Below are positions 38,001 to 42,104 of a DNA stretch of 42,104 nt, piece by piece (within the stretch, counting starts at the first letter, position 1; every line of letters begins with the position of its first letter). Under the pieces are notes generated by a model. That model ran no database searches and was not told the origin of the DNA. It saw nothing but the letters and a program-made list of their open reading frames with translations. The translations under genes were made by a program, and so were the position numbers. This DNA is from Utricularia gibba (taxonomy: Eukaryota; Plantae; Magnoliophyta): assembly GCA_002189035.1 (NCBI GenBank), contig NEEC01000180.1:1-42104 (forward strand). The letters run 5' to 3'.

Positions 38001-41000
38001 CGGCAAAGAAAGTGATGTATTTATCAAGTTCGGTTTTCGGGGTTGCCAACATGGTTTTTCAAGGAACAGCTTCTCGTTTTGTGGCGGCCAGTATCGCAAG
38101 AAACTTGGTCCGGGCGCCTGATTCTTTATGGCTCATGAGGACAAAAGTATGCAAATCGATGAAAAAAATGATGCATTTGTTTAAATTACGATATCACGTG
38201 CACCCTACATGATTTTTTTAAACACTTACTTTATACTTGAGGAGGTGGTCTTGGGGGCAAGAGGAACCGGACAAAGGTCAGCTTAGGCTTGGGCCGAAAG
38301 TAAGTTGTAGCCCGGCAAAGAAAGTGATGTATTTATTAACATTCAGTTTTCGGGGCTGCCTACATGGTTTTTCAAGGAACATATTCTCGTTTTTTGGCGG
38401 CTAGTCTCATTGGGAACCTGGTCCTAGACCCCGATTCTGTATGGCTCATGGGTCAACCGGATGCAAATCGATGAATACAATGATGCATTTGTTTAAATTG
38501 CGATATCACGTGCACCCTACATCATTTTTTCAACAACTACTTTATACTTGAGGAGGTGGTCTTGGGGGGAGAGGAACCGGACAAAGGTTAGCATAGGCTT
38601 TGGCGAAAGTAAGTTGTAGCCCGGCAAAGAAAAGTGATATATGTATTTACGTTCGGTTTTCGGGGTGCCTACATGGTTTTTCAAGGAACAACTTCTCCTT
38701 TAGTGGCGGCCAGTCTCGCTAGGAACTTGGTCCGGGCCCCTGATTCTTTATGGCTCATGAGGACAAAAGGATGCAAATCGATGAATACAATGATGCATTT
38801 GTTTAAATTACGATATCACGTGCACCCTACATCATTTTTTCAACAACTACTTTATACTTGAGGAGGTGGTCTTGGGGGGAGAGGAACCGGACAAAGGTTA
38901 GCATAGGCTTTGGCGAAAGTTAGTTGTAGCCCGGCAAAGAAAAGTGATGTATGTATTTACGTTCGGTTTTCGGGGATGCTTACATGGTTTTTCAAGGAAC
39001 AACTTCTCCTTTAGTGGCGGCCAGTCTCGCTAGGAACTTGGTCCGGGCCCCTGATTCTTTATGGCTCATGAGGACAAAAGGATGCAAATCGATGAATACA
39101 ATGATGCATTTGTTTAAATTACGATATCACGTGCACCCCACATCATTTTTTCAACAACTTACTTTATACTTGAAGAGGCGGTCTTGGGTGCACCTAGAAC
39201 GGGACAAAGGTCAGTTGGGCTTTGCCAGAGAGTTAGTTGTAGCCCGGCAAAGAAAGTGATGTATTTATTAACGTTCGGTTTTCGGGGTTGCCTACATGGT
39301 TTTTCAACGAAAAGCTTCTCCTTTGTGGCGGCCGCTCTCGCAGGAACTTGGTCCGGGCCCCGATGCTATATGGCTCATGAGGTCAACCAGATGCAAATCG
39401 ATGAAGACAAGCATGCTTTTTTTTTAATTACGATATCACGTGCAGCCCACATGATTTTTTCAACAACTTACTTTATACTTGAGGAGGCGGTCTTGGGGTG
39501 CACCTGGAACGGATAAAGGTCAGGTTGGGCTTTGCCAGAGAGTTAGTTGTAGCCCGGCAAAGAAAGTGATGTATTTATTAACGTTCGGTTTTCGGGGTTG
39601 CCTACATGGTTTTTCAACGAAAAGCTTCTCGTTTGTGGCGGCCGCTCTCGCAGGAACTTGGTCCGGGCCCCCGATGCTATATGGCTCATGAGGTCAACCA
39701 GATGCAAATCGATGAAGACAAGCATGCTTTTTTTTTAATTACGATATCACGTGCAGCCCACATGATTTTTTCAACAACTTACTTTATACTTGAGGAGGCG
39801 GTCTTGGGGTGCACCTGGAACGGGATAAAGGTCAGGTTGGGCTTTGCCAGAGAGTTAGTTGTAGCCCGGCAAAGAAAGTGTTGTATTTATTAACGTTCGG
39901 TTTTCGGGGTTGCCTACATGGTTTTTCAACGAAAAGCTTCTCGTTTTGTGGCGGCCGCTCTCGCAGGAACTTGGTCCGGGCCCCCGATGCTATATGGCTC
40001 ATGAGGTCAACCAGATGCAAATCGATGAAGACAAGCATGCTTTTTTTTTAGTTACGATATCACGTGCAGCCTAGATGATTTTTTCAACAACTTACTTTAT
40101 ACTTGAGGAGGCGGTCTTGGGGTGCACCTGGAACGGGATAAAGGTCAGCTTAGGCTTGGGCCGAAAGTAAGTTGTAGCCCGGCAAAGAAAGTGATGTATT
40201 TATCAAGGTTCGGTTTTCGGGGTTGCCAACATGGTTTTTCAAGGAACAGCTTCTCGTTTTGTGGCGGCCGCTCTCGCAGGGAACTTGGTCCGGGCCCCCG
40301 ATGCTATATGGCTCATGAGGTCAACCAGATGCAAATCGATGAAGACAAGCATGCTTTTTTTTTAATTACGATATCACGTGCAGCCCACATGATTTTTTCA
40401 ACAACTTACTTTATACTTGAGGAGGCGGTCTTGGGGTGCACCTGGAACGGATAAAGGTCAGCTTAGGCATGGGCCGAAAGTAAGTTGTAGCCCGGCAAAG
40501 AAAGTGATGTATTTATCAAGGTTCGGTTTTCGGGGTTGCGAACATGGTTTTTCAAGGAACTTCTCGTTTTGTGGCGGCCAGTCTCGCAAGAAACTTGGTC
40601 CGGGCCCTGATTCTTATGGCTCATGAGGACAAAAGATGCAAATCGATGAAAAAATGATGCATTTGTTTAAATTACGATATCACGTGCACCCTACATGATT
40701 TTTTCAACAACTTACTTTATACTTGAGGAGGTGGTCTTGGGGGGCAAGAGGAACCGGGACAAAGGTCAGCTTAGGCTTGGCCGAAAGTAAGTTGTAGCCC
40801 GGCAAAGAAAGTGATGTATTTATTAACATTTCGTTTTCGGGGTGCCTACATGGTTTTTCAAGGAACATATTCTTCGTTTTTTGGCGGCCAGTCGCATTGG
40901 GAACTGGTCCGACCCCGATTCTGTATGGCTCATGGGTCAACCGGATGCAAATCGATGAAACAATGATGCATTTGTTTAAATTACGATATCACGTGCACCC

Positions 41001-42104
41001 TACATCATTTTTTCAACAACTTACTTTATACTTGAGGAGGTGGTCTTGGGGGGGGAGAGGAACCGGACAAAGGTCAGCATAGGCTTTGGCCGAAAGTAAG
41101 TTGTAGCCCGGCAAAGAAAGTGATGTATTTATTAACGTTCGGTTTTCGGGGTGCCTACATGGTTTTTCAAGGAACAACTTCTCCTTTAGTGGCGGCCAGT
41201 CTCGCTAGGAACTTGGTCCGGGCCCTGATTCTTTATGGCTCATGAGGACAAAAGGATGCAAATCGATGAATACAATGATGCATTTGTTTAAATTACGATA
41301 TCACGTGCACCCTACATCATTTTTTCAACAACTACTACTTTATACTTGAGGAGGTGGTCTTGGGGGGAGAGGAACCGGACAAAGGTCAGCATTAGGCTTT
41401 GGTCGAAAGTTAGTTGTAGCCCGGCAAAGAAAGTGATGTATTATTACGTTCGGTTTTCGGGGTGCCTACATGGTTTTTCAAGGAACAACTTCTCGTTTTG
41501 TGGCGGCCAGTCTCGCTAGGAACTTGGTCCGGGCCCCTGATTCTTTATGGCTCATGAGGACAAAAGGATGCAAATCGATGAATACAATGATGCATTTGTT
41601 TAAATTACGATGTGCACCCCACACATCATTTTTTCAACAACTTACTTTATACTTGAGGAGGCGGTCTTGGGGGGCAAGAACGGACAAAGGTCAGCTTGGC
41701 TTGCCGAAGTAAGTTGTAGCCCGGCAAAGAAAGTGATGTATTATTAACGTTCGGTTTTCGGGGTTGCCTACATGGTTTTTCAAGGAAAACTTCTCGTTTT
41801 GTGGCGGCCGTCTCGCAGGAACTTGGTCCGGGCCCCCGATTCTTTATGGCTCATGAGGTCAAAAGATGCAAATCGATGAATACAATGATGCATTTGTTTA
41901 AATTACGATATCACGTGCACCCACATCATTTTTTCAACAACTTACTTTATACTTGAGAGGCGGTCTTGGGGTGCACCTGAACGGGACAAAGGTCAGGTTG
42001 GGCTTTGCCAGAGAGTTAGTTGTAGCCCGGCAAAAAAGTGATGTATTTATTAACGTTCGGTTTTCGGGGTTGCCTACATGGTTTTTCAAGGAAAGCTTCT
42101 CGTT

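Larger units (their letters stand above)
1..42104 (+). repeat. Tandem satellite array, ~313-bp monomer, ~135 head-to-tail copies, running off both window ends
   Basis: The landmark gatatCACGTGca recurs at 255, 567, 878, 1190, 1503, 1817, 2130, 2441, 2755 ... (spacing 310-315 bp where counted; slightly shorter in deletion-rich stretches) to the end of the window. Consensus: cacgtgcaccctacatgattttttcaacaacttactttatacttgaggaggtggtcttggggggcaagaggaaccggacaaaggtcagcttaggcttgggccgaaagtaagttgtagcccggcaaagaaagtgatgtatttattaacgttcggttttcggggttgcctacatggtttttcaaggaacagcttctcgttttgtggcggccagtctcgctaggaacttggtccgggcccctgattctttatggctcatgaggacaaaaggatgcaaatcgatgaatacaatgatgcatttgtttaaattacgatat. No unique insert or inversion seen. 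Confidence 0.98.
11247..42104 (+). repeat. Satellite sub-domain 2: variable-length higher-order repeat P1-(P)n-(Q)-F-G-H-I
   Basis: P family: gcggtcttggggtgcacctggaacggga..gccagagagttag..GCGGCCGC..aagcatgc(T)n. F is followed by G or a blurred G in all 18 occurrences I counted. P1 starts (gaagaggcgg or blurred gagaggcgg) at 15936, 17496, 19036, 19954, 21189, 22427, 24608, 25847, 28663, 29909, 32077, 33322, 35473, 37005, 39172, 41955. Confidence 0.85.

Noticed and set aside
1-42104. CRISPR array or other repeat-spacer system
   Set aside because: No unique spacers; the entire 313 bp is repeated, and no cas-like genes are present.
1-42104. Tandem RNA gene cluster (5S rRNA, tRNA, snRNA, spliced leader)
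   Set aside because: I recognise no 5S, tRNA cloverleaf, A/B-box or snRNA sequence; atactt resembles only the first six bases of U1. An Infernal/Rfam scan would settle it.
1-42104. Assignment to a named ~312-bp satellite such as Patellifolia pTS4.1
   Set aside because: Only the length is similar. That family was described as a Sau3AI satellite and this consensus has no GATC; I cannot verify homology without a database search.
1-42104. Transposon insertion, LTR, TIR or array inversion
   Set aside because: Monomer phase and orientation are continuous throughout; no unique sequence or target-site duplication seen.

Overview
The whole 42.1-kb window is one uninterrupted head-to-tail satellite DNA array of about 135 copies of a ~313-bp monomer (landmark CACGTG at 255, 567, 878, 1190, 1503, ...; about 45% GC by hand count of the consensus), all in one orientation. 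I find no credible genes, RNA genes, transposons or CRISPR; the ORF track is re-translation of the repeat. The array is structured at four scales. (1) Each monomer is a diverged dimer of two ~156-bp halves. (2) Monomers fall into about a dozen variant classes, which I label A-I, P1, P and Q. (3) There are two sub-domains: 1-9.7 kb (classes A-E) and 11.2-42.1 kb (P1/P/Q-F-G-H-I higher-order repeats), joined by a zone of unique mosaic monomers. (4) In domain 2, short 4-mer and long 7-9-mer HOR blocks alternate as an ~11-monomer (~3.4 kb) super-repeat. Several multi-kb stretches look like assembly consensus blur, with 1-bp deletions exactly at class-polymorphic columns, so fine structure there is uncertain. 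Best reading (inference): eukaryotic, possibly plant, centromeric or pericentromeric satellite. I cannot name the species or family. I see no new protein-coding system; the novelty is in repeat architecture. Classes were assigned by eye, not by computed alignment.
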